This document shows positions 24,901 through 33,354 of a stretch of DNA of 64,000 nucleotides, one piece after another. The stretch is taken from contig SICN01000002.1 of assembly GCA_009691405.1 (NCBI GenBank), forward strand, positions 5,189-69,188. The letters run 5' to 3'. The notes below the pieces were generated by a model. It made no database searches, had not been told where the DNA came from, and saw nothing but the letters and a program-made list of their open reading frames with translations. Both the position numbers and the translations under genes were made by a program. Positions within the stretch are counted from its first letter, which is position 1, and each line of letters opens with the position of its first letter. Origin of the DNA: Candidatus Peribacteria bacterium. GTDB taxonomy: Bacteria; Patescibacteriota; Gracilibacteria; Peribacterales; Peribacteraceae.

Positions 24901-26877
24901 TTACAACTCCCTTCTGAGCAATTCTATTTCGTCACGCAAATCTGCTGCCTTCTCAAATTCCTCATTTTCGGCGCAAATTTCCATCTGCGCATTCAGCTCT
25001 TCGATGAGGCGCTTCTTCTCGTCCTTCGGGATCTTCGCGTGATCGTACTTCTTGCGCGTGAGCTTGAGCTTACTGTGTTCTTCGGCGATATCTTTGATCG
25101 CCTTGATGATCGTCTTCGGCGTAATATTGTGCTTCACGTTATATGCTTCCTGGATCGCCCTCCTGCGATTCGTCTCCTCGATTGCTCCCTTCATCGCATC
25201 GGTCATCCTGTCCGCGTACAGGATCACATGGCCATTGATATTGCGTGCCGCGCGACCGATCGTTTGGATCAACGCATCGCGTGACCGAAGGAATCCCTGT
25301 TGATCGGCATCGAGGATCGCGATGAAGCTGACTTCCGGAAGGTCGAGGCCTTCACGAAGCAAGTTGATACCGACAAGAATATCGATTTCGCCAGAACGAA
25401 GTTGACGGAGAATTTCGACGCGTTCCATCGTCTCGATGTCGCTGTGGAGATAGCGCACGTTGTAGTCGGCGTTCTGGTAGTACGTCGCGAGATCTTCGGC
25501 GCTCTTCTTCGTGAGTGCGGTGACAAGTACGCGCTCTCCGCGCTTGATCGTCGCGTTGATCTCGCGCGTGAGGTGATCGATCTGATTTTTCTTCGGCTGA
25601 ATCGTCACGATCGGATCGAGAAGCCCCGTCGGTCGAATGATCTGCTCGACGATGTTCTCTTTTTTCGTGTTTCTGTACTCGTACGGCCCTGGAGTCGCCG
25701 AGACGTACATCGCCTGTCCGATGCGCTGCTCGAATTCTGTGAATTTCAAAGGTCGGTTGTCCGATGCGCTCGGAAGTCGGAAGCCATAATCGATCAGCGT
25801 CTTCTTACGCTGCAAATTCCCTTCGTGCATGCCGCCGATCTGGGGAATCGAGATGTGCGATTCGTCGATGAACATCAGAAAATCATCGGGGAAGTAATCG
25901 AGTAGCGTTTCAGGAGGAGAACCCGGTTCACGGTTGCCGAGATAGCGGACGTAGTTTTCAATGCCCGTGCAGTAGCCTGTTTCTTTCAGCATTTCGATGT
26001 CATATTCCGTTCGTTGACGGATGCGTTCGGCTTTCGCGAATTCCTGATTCTTGAGGAGTTCCTGTTCACGGGCATCGAGATCGATCTTGATGCGTTCAAT
26101 CGCGCCGTCGATCTTCTCCTTCGTCGTCACGTTGTGAGCGGCTGGGAAGATCGTCACGTCATTCATATCGCCGATCAGTTCGCCCGTGAAGCTGTCGACC
26201 TCCTGAATCGATTCGATTTCGTCGTAGGGCATTTCGATGCGGATTACGGTGTCGCCGCTCGGCGGGAAAATCTCGACCGTGTCCCCGAGCACATGAAACA
26301 TACCTTGTTTGAACGTGAGCGAGCTTCGCTTGTACTGAATATCCGTCAGAAGCCGCAGAAATCTCTGGCGTTGGAACGGCATGCCACGACTGATTTTGAG
26401 TGCGAGCGCCTCGTAATCCGACACATCGCCGAGCCCGTAGATGCAGGAGACGGACGACACGATGAGGACATCTCTGCGTGTGAGTAAATTATGCGTTGCA
26501 GCGTGACGGAACTTCGCGATCTCTTCGTTGATGCTGGCATCTTTCTCGATGTAGGTATCGGTCGTCGGAAGATACGCTTCTGGCTGATAGTAATCGTAGT
26601 ACGAGACGAAATAGCTGACTGCATTGTCCGGAAAGAATTGCTGGAACTCGCTGCAGAGCTGGGCTGCCAACGTCTTATTATGCGCGAGCACGAGTGTCGG
26701 ACGCTGAAGTTCCTGAACGATATTCGCCATCGTGAACGTCTTGCCTGTCCCTGTCGCGCCAAGAAGCGTCTGGTGTTTTTCGCCTCTCCCGAACCCCTTC
26801 AATAATTTCTCAATCGCCGCAGGCTGATCGCCTTTCGGTGTGTAGGGCGCAACAAGCTTGAAAGGTTTAGAATCCAT
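24901..26877 (-). CDS. uvrB: Excinuclease ABC subunit B
   Basis: 658 aa. PKGDQPAAI, Walker A GATGTGKTFTMAN, helicase motifs, and the C-terminal UVR domain (FEKAADLRDEI). Confidence 0.97.
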   Translation of the reverse strand: MDSKPFKLVAPYTPKGDQPAAIEKLLKGFGRGEKHQTLLGATGTGKTFTMANIVQELQRPTLVLAHNKTLAAQLCSEFQQFFPDNAVSYFVSYYDYYQPEAYLPTTDTYIEKDASINEEIAKFRHAATHNLLTRRDVLIVSSVSCIYGLGDVSDYEALALKISRGMPFQRQRFLRLLTDIQYKRSSLTFKQGMFHVLGDTVEIFPPSGDTVIRIEMPYDEIESIQEVDSFTGELIGDMNDVTIFPAAHNVTTKEKIDGAIERIKIDLDAREQELLKNQEFAKAERIRQRTEYDIEMLKETGYCTGIENYVRYLGNREPGSPPETLLDYFPDDFLMFIDESHISIPQIGGMHEGNLQRKKTLIDYGFRLPSASDNRPLKFTEFEQRIGQAMYVSATPGPYEYRNTKKENIVEQIIRPTGLLDPIVTIQPKKNQIDHLTREINATIKRGERVLVTALTKKSAEDLATYYQNADYNVRYLHSDIETMERVEILRQLRSGEIDILVGINLLREGLDLPEVSFIAILDADQQGFLRSRDALIQTIGRAARNINGHVILYADRMTDAMKGAIEETNRRRAIQEAYNVKHNITPKTIIKAIKDIAEEHSKLKLTRKKYDHAKIPKDEKKRLIEELNAQMEICAENEEFEKAADLRDEIELLRREL

Positions 26878-26887
26878 AAGACGAGCG

Positions 26888-26915
26888 AGTATACGCCAAA
26901 GAGACGGCTCATCAA
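26888..26915 (-). promoter_or_regulatory. Candidate uvrB promoter (TTGATG-16 nt-TATACT), with the -10 box 10 nt from the ATG
   Basis: The minus strand reads TTGATGagccgtctctttggcgTATACTcgctcgtcttATG. Confidence 0.4.
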
Positions 26916-26930
26916 AGGGTTCTTCGCTCT

Positions 26931-27584
26931 TTAGAGGGGTTGATCTCCCTCCCCGGTTCCGACAGAAAGATCTATGGACGGTTGTCTGACAATGCTACGA
27001 CTAACCTTCGTCATCGTACGATCGAGCTCCGTCAGCTGTGTTTCATCGAGTGATCTGCGCACGGTATCCATTGCATCTTTTGCACCTTCGTACTGCTTGC
27101 TGTCGGCCTCTGCAAACCATGCGTATGCGAGGAGCAAATCTTTGGTGACGCCTTCGCCGTTCATGTACATCACTCCGATGTTGTACTGCGAACCGACATC
27201 ATCTTGGAGCGCCGCTTTCCGAAACCACCTGAATGCCTCCTCCAAATCTACATTCGTGCCGATCCCACGGATGTAAGAAAGCCCCGCATTGTACTGGCCG
27301 TCACGATTCCCTTGCTTCGCCGCACGCTCAAAGAGGGTGAATGCCTTAACCTCATCCTTCAGAACACCCGTACCCTGAAGGTAGAAGTACCCAAGCGTCA
27401 CCATTGCTTCGCCATTCCCTGCTTCACTTGCGAGTGTCAGGTGTCGTATGCCTTCGACTTCGTTCTTCGGGGCACCAATACCTTTGATGAGTTTCATGCC
27501 CATGTTGTAGTCGATACGACCGACATCGGGATCCTGAGAGCAGGCAGCGAGGAGAAAGATGAGAAGGACGAGAAAAGCGCGCAT
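26931..27584 (-). CDS. Sel1-repeat (TPR-like) lipoprotein
   Basis: Lipobox MRAFLVLLIFLLAAC. At least four Sel1-like repeats (e.g. GNGEAMVTLGYFYLQGTGVLKDEVKAFTLFERAAKQG). Confidence 0.8.
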   Translation of the reverse strand: MRAFLVLLIFLLAACSQDPDVGRIDYNMGMKLIKGIGAPKNEVEGIRHLTLASEAGNGEAMVTLGYFYLQGTGVLKDEVKAFTLFERAAKQGNRDGQYNAGLSYIRGIGTNVDLEEAFRWFRKAALQDDVGSQYNIGVMYMNGEGVTKDLLLAYAWFAEADSKQYEGAKDAMDTVRRSLDETQLTELDRTMTKVSRSIVRQPSIDLSVGTGEGDQPL

Positions 27585-27694
27585 GAGAAAAGCATATCAT
27601 AGGAGTGCAGCAGTAGAATGATGAAAATTACACCGTAGCGGAGGTTTCTCACCTCCGCGGCTCCGAACGTGACTGCGGAATCATTTTCGTGACC

Positions 27695-27716
27695 GCGGAA
27701 GATAGGGATCTTCCGC
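27695..27716 (-). terminator. Hairpin just after the hsp20 stop (weak terminator candidate)
   Basis: gcggaaga-taggga-tcttccgc, an 8-bp stem. A second hairpin, gcggaggt-ttctc-acctccgc, lies at 27638-27658. No clear U-tract. Confidence 0.3.
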
Positions 27717-27722
27717 TGCGAG

Positions 27723-28226
27723 CTACTCACTGATCCTGATGATCTTCACCTTCTCCTCTTTGGGTACAAGAACCTTGAGGACGCAGTCTTTATTAAACGT
27801 CGCCTTGATCTTCCGAGGGTCGATCGAGCACGGAAGTGTCACCGAACGCTGGAACTCTCCCCAAAAACATTCCTTCAAGTAATACTGTTCGTCCGGGATT
27901 GCGTCCGCCTGACGGCGATTGCCACGGATCGTGAGCACATTGTCATTCACTTCGATGTCGAGATCGCTGAGACGAACCCCCGCCATCGGAGCCTTTAAGA
28001 TGTAGTAATCGTCGTACTCGAAAATATCGAGAGCCACCTGCCCGACCCGTCCGACCGAGTCTTCCGGGCGGGTCCCGGTGGAACGACCGACGCTGCTTGT
28101 TATTTTGGGAGAAACGGAAGCCGCACGCACCGGTGCGGGAGAAACTTTCTCCTGCATCACCGGACCATCGTGAATGGCTCCGTCTTTGATCGAGGAAAAA
28201 ATACCGTGAAATGGAGAGGGAATCAT
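27723..28226 (-). CDS. Hsp20/alpha-crystallin family small heat-shock protein
   Basis: Alpha-crystallin domain: LDIFEYDDYYILKAPMAGVRLSDLDIEVNDNVLTIRGNRR...FQRSVTLPCSIDPRKIKATFNKDCVLKVLVPK. Confidence 0.85.
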   Translation of the reverse strand: MIPSPFHGIFSSIKDGAIHDGPVMQEKVSPAPVRAASVSPKITSSVGRSTGTRPEDSVGRVGQVALDIFEYDDYYILKAPMAGVRLSDLDIEVNDNVLTIRGNRRQADAIPDEQYYLKECFWGEFQRSVTLPCSIDPRKIKATFNKDCVLKVLVPKEEKVKIIRISE

Positions 28227-28345
28227 TTCACGCTATCGTACTACTTTCTCTTCATGACGGGCAAAAAGACTCTGTGGCAAAAAATGGAGTTTATGATACG
28301 GCTTCGCGATGAAAACCATTAAAACGTTTAAGCGAGGCAACATTG

Positions 28346-28377
28346 ATATCGGCGTAGCGATATCGCTTCGCCGATAT
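28346..28377. promoter_or_regulatory. 32-bp near-perfect palindrome in the hsp20 / XRE divergent spacer (candidate operator)
   Basis: atatcggcg-t-agcgat|atcgct-t-cgccgatat. 30 of 32 positions are self-complementary. Confidence 0.55.
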
Positions 28378-28520
28378 AAAGAAATTATGAGCACATAGAT
28401 CGTATGATGTTTATCGCGTAGCCGTATGAGATGGTGAAGAACGAAATTCCATTTGCCTCTCTCCGTCATCCCGCTACAATCGCCTCCGCACATTCGAAAG
28501 TTTTCCTCTACTCTCATCTC

Positions 28521-28742
28521 ATGCCCCCCAGCCTCAGCAACAATATCCGCCGCCTTCGCTTTGACCGAGGCATGACACAGGAAGAACTGGCACTGAGAGT
28601 CGGAGTCAGCCGTCAGACCATCATGTCGATCGAACGTGGCGCAACGAATCCATCCGTTCTCCTCGCCTACAAAGTATCCATGGCATTACAAGCACCGATC
28701 TCCGAGGTTTTCCAGATGGAGGGAGGACTGATGCCCGTCTAA
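28521..28742 (+). CDS. XRE-family helix-turn-helix transcriptional regulator (73 aa)
   Basis: ATG 28521 gives MPPSLSNNIRRLRFDRGMTQEELALRVGVSRQTIMSIERGATNPSVLLAYKVSMAL, a Cro/C1-type HTH. The track ORF starts earlier, at 28431. Confidence 0.8.
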   Translation: MPPSLSNNIRRLRFDRGMTQEELALRVGVSRQTIMSIERGATNPSVLLAYKVSMALQAPISEVFQMEGGLMPV

Positions 28743-30376
28743 GTCTTTCGGATATCCTCGATGATCAGTTGTACTGTTTCTTTGCCATTCCACGCATTCA
28801 CGCCGACTCTGCATGCAATGTCGTATCGCTGATCTACATGAAGATGCTCCAGCAGATTCCCCAGACGAAAACCAATCGCCTTCACGCCACCGACACGCAG
28901 TTGAAGATGCGATCCCTCAGTCCCGACCAATCTGAAATCGGAAAGTGTCTGAGCCGAGAGAAGAAAAACCGGTTCGTCGTTTCCCTGTCCGAACGGAGAC
29001 AGAGACTCGATCGTCTCTGCACATGCGAGAGTGACGGAGGAGGGGTGAAGAACCGCATCGATCTCAAGTGTGGGCTTCATCGTTTCGATGTTGAAGCCAC
29101 GTGCAATGAGTACTGCATTCAGGGCTTCCTGAAGGGCTCCGACATGCCTTGGCTCGAACGTGCATCCGGCTGCTTGGCTGTGCCCGCCGAAACTCGTCAG
29201 AAGCATCGAAACGGACGGGTGGCCCAAGCATTCCATCGCATCGACTTCGGGGATACTTCGGATCGATGCCACGGCTTTCTCATCAAGCACTGCAGCGATG
29301 AGACTGGGGCGTGAAAAACGTTCGGTGAATCTGCTTGCGAGAAGCCCCGCGGTTCCGGGTGTGATGTTTTTGTGAGCGAGAACAATGAACGAATGTTTTG
29401 AATCAACAAGAACGCCGATCTCTTCATCGAGAGCATCGACGAATGTCTGGCGCTCGCTGTTCAGGCGGTGCAGCTGCTCCAGTGCCTCTCCGCCTTTCAG
29501 CAGCGCATCAAGAGCGATGGTCGGATGCGCCATGCGTCCAGCTGCATTCAGTCGGGGTACGATTTTGAATGCAACGTCCGTCGAAGACATCTTTGTGTTG
29601 CCTCGCACACTGTCGACAAAATCTTTGAGAGGACATGGAGGAAGATTCTCAAGACATTTGAGTCCGTGTCGCACAAGCAAACGGTTCTCGCCGACAAGCG
29701 GCACGAGATCGCCGATCGTTCCAATACTCGCAAGCGCAATATCGATCTCGATACCGTTCCACGGTTTGCCGTGCTCCAGTGCGCGGACGAGCATGAATGC
29801 AACCCCCGCACCACACAGATGGGGATTAGGGATAGGGGAAGGGACGAGGGGGTGAATAACTGCATAGGGAAGGGACTTGCCGGCCATAGCCCCGTCGCCA
29901 CGGGGCGACGGCCGGTGGTGATCGGTGACGATGACATCGATAGAAAGACTCTTTGCATGTGCGATTTCGTCGTGAGCAGAAATTCCCGTATCAACCGTGA
30001 TGATCAAACTTACGCCTTTTTCCCGAAGAAGATCGATGCTTTCTTTCCGCATGCCGTAGCCTTCTTTGACGCGGTCAGGTAGGTGCACCAGCGGCGTGAT
30101 CCCATGTCGCTCGAAGAACCGCACGAGCTGCGCCGTTGCCGTGATCCCATCGGCATCGTAGTCACCAAAGATCGCAATCGTTTCTTTTTTCTTCATCGCA
30201 TGTTCGATGCGATCCACGGCTTTTTGCATCTCCGGAAACAGGAACGGATCAAAAAGTTTCCCCGCCGGGTCATCGGCAATGCCTCGTTCTTTTCGAAGCA
30301 GATCGACAATGCCGTGATCTTGGGGTTCCGGACGGTGAATCTTCCAGAGTTTGCCGGTGAGAGAGAGGAGGGACAT
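28739..30376 (-). CDS. recJ: Single-stranded-DNA-specific exonuclease RecJ
   Basis: DHH motifs IAIFGDYDADGITA and DVIVTDHH, a DHHA1 region with GGHSQAAG, and a C-terminal OB-like domain. Confidence 0.9.
   Translation of the reverse strand: MSLLSLTGKLWKIHRPEPQDHGIVDLLRKERGIADDPAGKLFDPFLFPEMQKAVDRIEHAMKKKETIAIFGDYDADGITATAQLVRFFERHGITPLVHLPDRVKEGYGMRKESIDLLREKGVSLIITVDTGISAHDEIAHAKSLSIDVIVTDHHRPSPRGDGAMAGKSLPYAVIHPLVPSPIPNPHLCGAGVAFMLVRALEHGKPWNGIEIDIALASIGTIGDLVPLVGENRLLVRHGLKCLENLPPCPLKDFVDSVRGNTKMSSTDVAFKIVPRLNAAGRMAHPTIALDALLKGGEALEQLHRLNSERQTFVDALDEEIGVLVDSKHSFIVLAHKNITPGTAGLLASRFTERFSRPSLIAAVLDEKAVASIRSIPEVDAMECLGHPSVSMLLTSFGGHSQAAGCTFEPRHVGALQEALNAVLIARGFNIETMKPTLEIDAVLHPSSVTLACAETIESLSPFGQGNDEPVFLLSAQTLSDFRLVGTEGSHLQLRVGGVKAIGFRLGNLLEHLHVDQRYDIACRVGVNAWNGKETVQLIIEDIRKT
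29818..29876. repeat. G-rich repeat tract inside recJ
   Basis: gatggggattagggataggggaagggacgagggggtga, plus a second atagggaagggac at 29864-29876. The direct repeat is ataggggaagggac versus atagggaagggac. Coding strand reads SLPYAVIHPLVPSPIPNPH. Confidence 0.6.
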
Positions 30377-30383
30377 GAGGGAT

Positions 30384-31799
30384 CTACTTTACCTCAACAT
30401 ACTTCCTCACCTCTTCCAAAACTTCTTCTTCGACTTCCTTCAGCTTCTTCTCGCTCCTCGCCTCGATGCAGATACTGAGGCACGGACTCGTGTTGCTGGA
30501 GCGAATACCCGCCCATGCGCCATCCCCGAAATCAATGCGTGCACCGTCAAGCGTGGTCGTCGGATACATTTTTTGAAAATGTTCTGTCGCAAGCCCTACC
30601 ACTTCGGCTTTCTTGTCATCGGGACAATGCGGGCGACGTTCGGGGGATTGGAAGACGATTGGAAAGTTTGCAATCCAATCATGAAGCGCATGTCTACTGA
30701 CATGCGAACCGGCCGACGGCTTTGCAAGAATCGCCAGAATCCGCAGCCCCGCGACCATTGCATCATCAAAACCAAAATAGTCTTCACCGCAGAAGAAATG
30801 ACCGGATTGTTCTCCTCCAAGAAGTGCTTTGTGCTCGCGCATCGCATGCTCGACATACGAGTGTCCGACTTTGCACATCACGGGTTTGCCTCCCCACTTC
30901 GTCACTTCGGTTTCGAGTAAGCTCGAATTGCTAACGGTGAAAATCACTGGAGCATTGTTGTGACGCGAAAGATGATCTTGCGCGAGAAGCAAAAGCGTCT
31001 GATCCGCCGTCACGATCTGACCCTTCTCATCGACAAGCCCCATACGATCTCCGTCGCCATCAAATGCGAAGCCGCAGTCGGCATTTTCATCCAGCACTTT
31101 CGCCTGCAATTCTTTGAGTGTCGCGTGCTTGCTTGGGTCTGCTGCGTGATTCGGGAATGTCCCGTCGGGCTCGGTATAGAGCTCGATCACTTCACACCCC
31201 ACTTTCCGGAGTACCTCACAGTAGCAAGGACCAGCAACACCGTTGCCACCATCGACGACGATTTTTTTGCCTTTGCCGACATTTGCAAAGAGCTTGGTGA
31301 GGTGTGTGATGTAGGGAGTGAGTGTATCGAGACGACCTCCGCCACTAGCCCCGCCCCCAAGGAGGGAGGGGAACACAGATGTTTTTTCAATTCGAGAACG
31401 CAAATCCTGCAAATCCGGTCCCGAGAATGCATCCGCATCACGCGTACAAAGCTTGATCCCATTATCTTCCTTCGGATTATGACTCGCCGTGATCTGCATC
31501 CCCGCGTCGAACTTCTTCGTGCAGATCGTAAAATAATTCACGGGGCTTGGCGTCTGCCCGATATCGAAGACCTCGCATCCTGCTGCGATCAGTCCTTTCA
31601 TTACCTCGGCTTGTAAGCCCGGGCTATGCGTGCGCGCATCTCGACCGACGACGACTGTCGGCTTTGGATGCTCTTTACCGTATTTTTCGAGAAGCACCTG
31701 ACCAAATGCAAAACCGATCTGCAGACATGCTTCCTCCGTCAGTTGTGTTCCGGCAACACCCCGAATGTCGTAAGCCCTGAAGATTCGCGGATCGATCAC
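30384..31799 (-). CDS. Phosphomannomutase/phosphoglucomutase (alpha-D-phosphohexomutase)
   Basis: FRAYDIRG, the active-site TASHNPKEDNGIK, the metal loop FAFDGDGDR and GGEQSGH. Confidence 0.9.
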   Translation of the reverse strand: MIDPRIFRAYDIRGVAGTQLTEEACLQIGFAFGQVLLEKYGKEHPKPTVVVGRDARTHSPGLQAEVMKGLIAAGCEVFDIGQTPSPVNYFTICTKKFDAGMQITASHNPKEDNGIKLCTRDADAFSGPDLQDLRSRIEKTSVFPSLLGGGASGGGRLDTLTPYITHLTKLFANVGKGKKIVVDGGNGVAGPCYCEVLRKVGCEVIELYTEPDGTFPNHAADPSKHATLKELQAKVLDENADCGFAFDGDGDRMGLVDEKGQIVTADQTLLLLAQDHLSRHNNAPVIFTVSNSSLLETEVTKWGGKPVMCKVGHSYVEHAMREHKALLGGEQSGHFFCGEDYFGFDDAMVAGLRILAILAKPSAGSHVSRHALHDWIANFPIVFQSPERRPHCPDDKKAEVVGLATEHFQKMYPTTTLDGARIDFGDGAWAGIRSSNTSPCLSICIEARSEKKLKEVEEEVLEEVRKYVEVK

Positions 31800-32068
31800 G
31801 AGAGAAGTATATAGAACAAAACCGCCTCGAGTATTGCTACCGGGACGGTGTTTGTTTTGATCACCGAGTGAGTAAAGGGTGAACTCTATTCACCTGATGA
31901 CAACACCAGTATAGCAAACTTTACCTATGAATGCAAATCGATTTAAGGCGCTGCCGCAGGCGATCTATCCTCCGCGAGATTGTTATTCCCTCTATCCTTT
32001 GGTAGCCTAAGTGAGCTGCGGTTCGTCTGCAGCTAGGTATTGATCCTTTGTGACACAGTTTTGAAGAT

Positions 32069-32145
32069 GGAGCCATAGCTCAGCTGGTTAGAGCGCTTCC
32101 CTGTCACGGAAGAGGTCGCGGGTTCGAATCCCGTTGGCTCCGCCA
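32069..32145 (+). tRNA. tRNA-Asp (anticodon GUC), CCA encoded
   Basis: GGAGCCA-TA-GCTC-AGCTGGTTA-GAGC-G-CTTCC-CTGTCAC-GGAAG-AGGTC-GCGGG-TTCGAAT-CCCGT-TGGCTCC-G-CCA folds by hand into a canonical cloverleaf. Confidence 0.9.
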
Positions 32146-32178
32146 TCATCCACACGAACAGCTCATCTGTTTTTCGAT

Positions 32179-32261
32179 GAAGCCATATCGGCCTGAGGCC
32201 GATGGTTAGAGCGCCCCGCGCAGCGGGGAGGTCGCGGGTTCGAATCCCGTTGGCTCCGCCA
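32179..32261 (+). pseudogene. tRNA-Asp-derived tRNA-like element (aberrant D and anticodon arms)
   Basis: Shares agccata, tggttagagcg and the whole 3' 34 nt (gaggtcgcgggttcgaatcccgttggctccgcca) with tRNA-Asp. The D stem-loop is replaced by the palindrome tcggcc-tga-ggccga. The anticodon arm is replaced by ccccgc-gca-gcgggg, so there is no 7-nt loop and no U33. There is an A2:C71 mismatch. Confidence 0.6.
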
Positions 32262-32336
32262 CTCTCGAAACAACTGCAAATCACACTACTCTTTTAGCGA
32301 CTGAGGAAACCCCGAGCGAACGTCGTGAATCGCGGG

Positions 32337-32349
32337 GTTGGCTCCGCCA
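32337..32349 (+). repeat. Third copy of the tRNA-Asp 3' end (gttggctccgcca)
   Basis: 13-nt exact match to the 3' acceptor end plus CCA, preceded by a scrambled T-arm-like gtcgtgaatcgcgggg. Confidence 0.55.
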
Positions 32350-32358
32350 CATCCATAT

Positions 32359-33354
32359 CTACCCCCGCCATGCCAAAAAACCGATATATGCTGCGTACGC
32401 AAGAAGCATAACCACACCGTCGATGCGTTCGATGACGTGATTCTCTTTCTGTTTCCAAAAGAGGAGACGCTTGTGAACGAAGCCCGTATGCACGGCAAAG
32501 AAAAGAAGAGCCGTGGCAGCGATCGTCACGAGTAGATCGACATTCATCGCCGGACGGAACGGTAACGGCGCGATGAGGGCACTCACGCCGAGGATCCAAA
32601 AAATGTTGAAGATATTGCTGCCGACGATGTTGCCCACTGCAATGTCGGCTCTCCCTTTCCTGGCAGCGACCACGGACGTTGCGAATTCTGGCAGTGATGT
32701 ACCAACGGCGACGATGGTAAGACCGATGAGTGACTGCGACACACCCAGCGCCTGTGCGATCGTCACCGCACCGTCGACCGTGAGCTTTCCTCCTCCAATG
32801 AGAAGTGTGAGACCTGCAAGTACGAACCCACAGGAAGGCCAGACGTTCCGCACCCGAATATCATCATCGGCTGCGACCGGATCGTTCCTGCGCATGCCTG
32901 CGATGTACCAGAGGAAGATCAGGAAGAAAGCGATGAGGACGAATCCCTCGGATTGCGTGAGCTCCGAAACATTCGCAGCATCAAACAGAATGTCATTTGC
33001 CATGAAATACAACACAACGGATGCGAGCAAGGCGAAAGGAATTTCCTTCCATACCGTCGAAGTCTGCACGGAGATGTTTGTGATCACACTCGACACGCCG
33101 AGAATAAGTAGGATATTCGCGGTGTTGCTGCCGACGATGTTGCCGATGGCGATATCGGTCGCACCCGAGTAACTACTCACGACATTCACCACGAGCTCCG
33201 GCATGGAAGTGCCGAAAGCGACCACGGTGAGCCCGATGCTGAGATCTGAAACACCGATCCGCTTCGCAAGTGAAGAGGCGCCGTCCACAAGCCAATCGGC
33301 TCCTTTGACGAGGAGGCCGAGACCGAGAAGGAGAAACGTAGTGGCGATGAACAT
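32359..33354 (-). CDS. Ca2+/Na+ antiporter (CaCA family, YrbG-like)
   Basis: ATG 33354 gives MFIATTFLLLGLGLLVKGADWLV. Both alpha-repeats are present (AFGTSMPELVVN...GNIVGSN and AVGTSLPEFATS...GNIVGSN). The track ORF extends to 33423. Confidence 0.9.
   Translation of the reverse strand: MFIATTFLLLGLGLLVKGADWLVDGASSLAKRIGVSDLSIGLTVVAFGTSMPELVVNVVSSYSGATDIAIGNIVGSNTANILLILGVSSVITNISVQTSTVWKEIPFALLASVVLYFMANDILFDAANVSELTQSEGFVLIAFFLIFLWYIAGMRRNDPVAADDDIRVRNVWPSCGFVLAGLTLLIGGGKLTVDGAVTIAQALGVSQSLIGLTIVAVGTSLPEFATSVVAARKGRADIAVGNIVGSNIFNIFWILGVSALIAPLPFRPAMNVDLLVTIAATALLFFAVHTGFVHKRLLFWKQKENHVIERIDGVVMLLAYAAYIGFLAWRG

Noticed and set aside
28233-28517. 94-aa minus-strand ORF in the hsp20 / XRE divergent spacer.
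   Set aside because: It covers the whole promoter/operator region, including the 32-bp palindrome, and has no motif. The location is better explained as regulatory DNA.
31325-31375. The Gly-rich segment of the phosphohexomutase (SLLGGGASGGGRLD, DNA cctccgccactagccccgcccccaaggagggagggg) as another member of the in-frame repeat family.
   Set aside because: The similarity to the other tracts is limited to general G/C richness and a short ggagg/cctcc complement. I could not align it convincingly by eye.
31800-32068. The 269-nt non-coding stretch upstream of tRNA-Asp as a possible structured RNA (RNase P, SRP, 6S or tmRNA).
   Set aside because: I found none of the conserved cores I can recognise by eye (for example GAGGAAAGUCC for RNase P, or the SRP domain IV motif). 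Only short local hairpins are present. It is left as unexplained spacer or tRNA promoter region.
31800-32358. Integrated mobile element or genomic island at the tRNA-Asp locus.
   Set aside because: Repeated tRNA 3' ends are present, but there is no integrase, excisionase or phage/plasmid gene. There is also no compositional break that I can see on either side. The flanking genes (phosphohexomutase, CaCA antiporter) are ordinary chromosomal genes.
32033-32599. ORFs 32033-32284, 32286-32498 and 32294-32599 on the minus strand.
   Set aside because: They are read straight through tRNA-Asp, the tRNA-like element and the 3' end of the antiporter gene, giving for example GFEPATSSVTGKRSNQLSYGS, the classic translation of a tRNA antisense strand.
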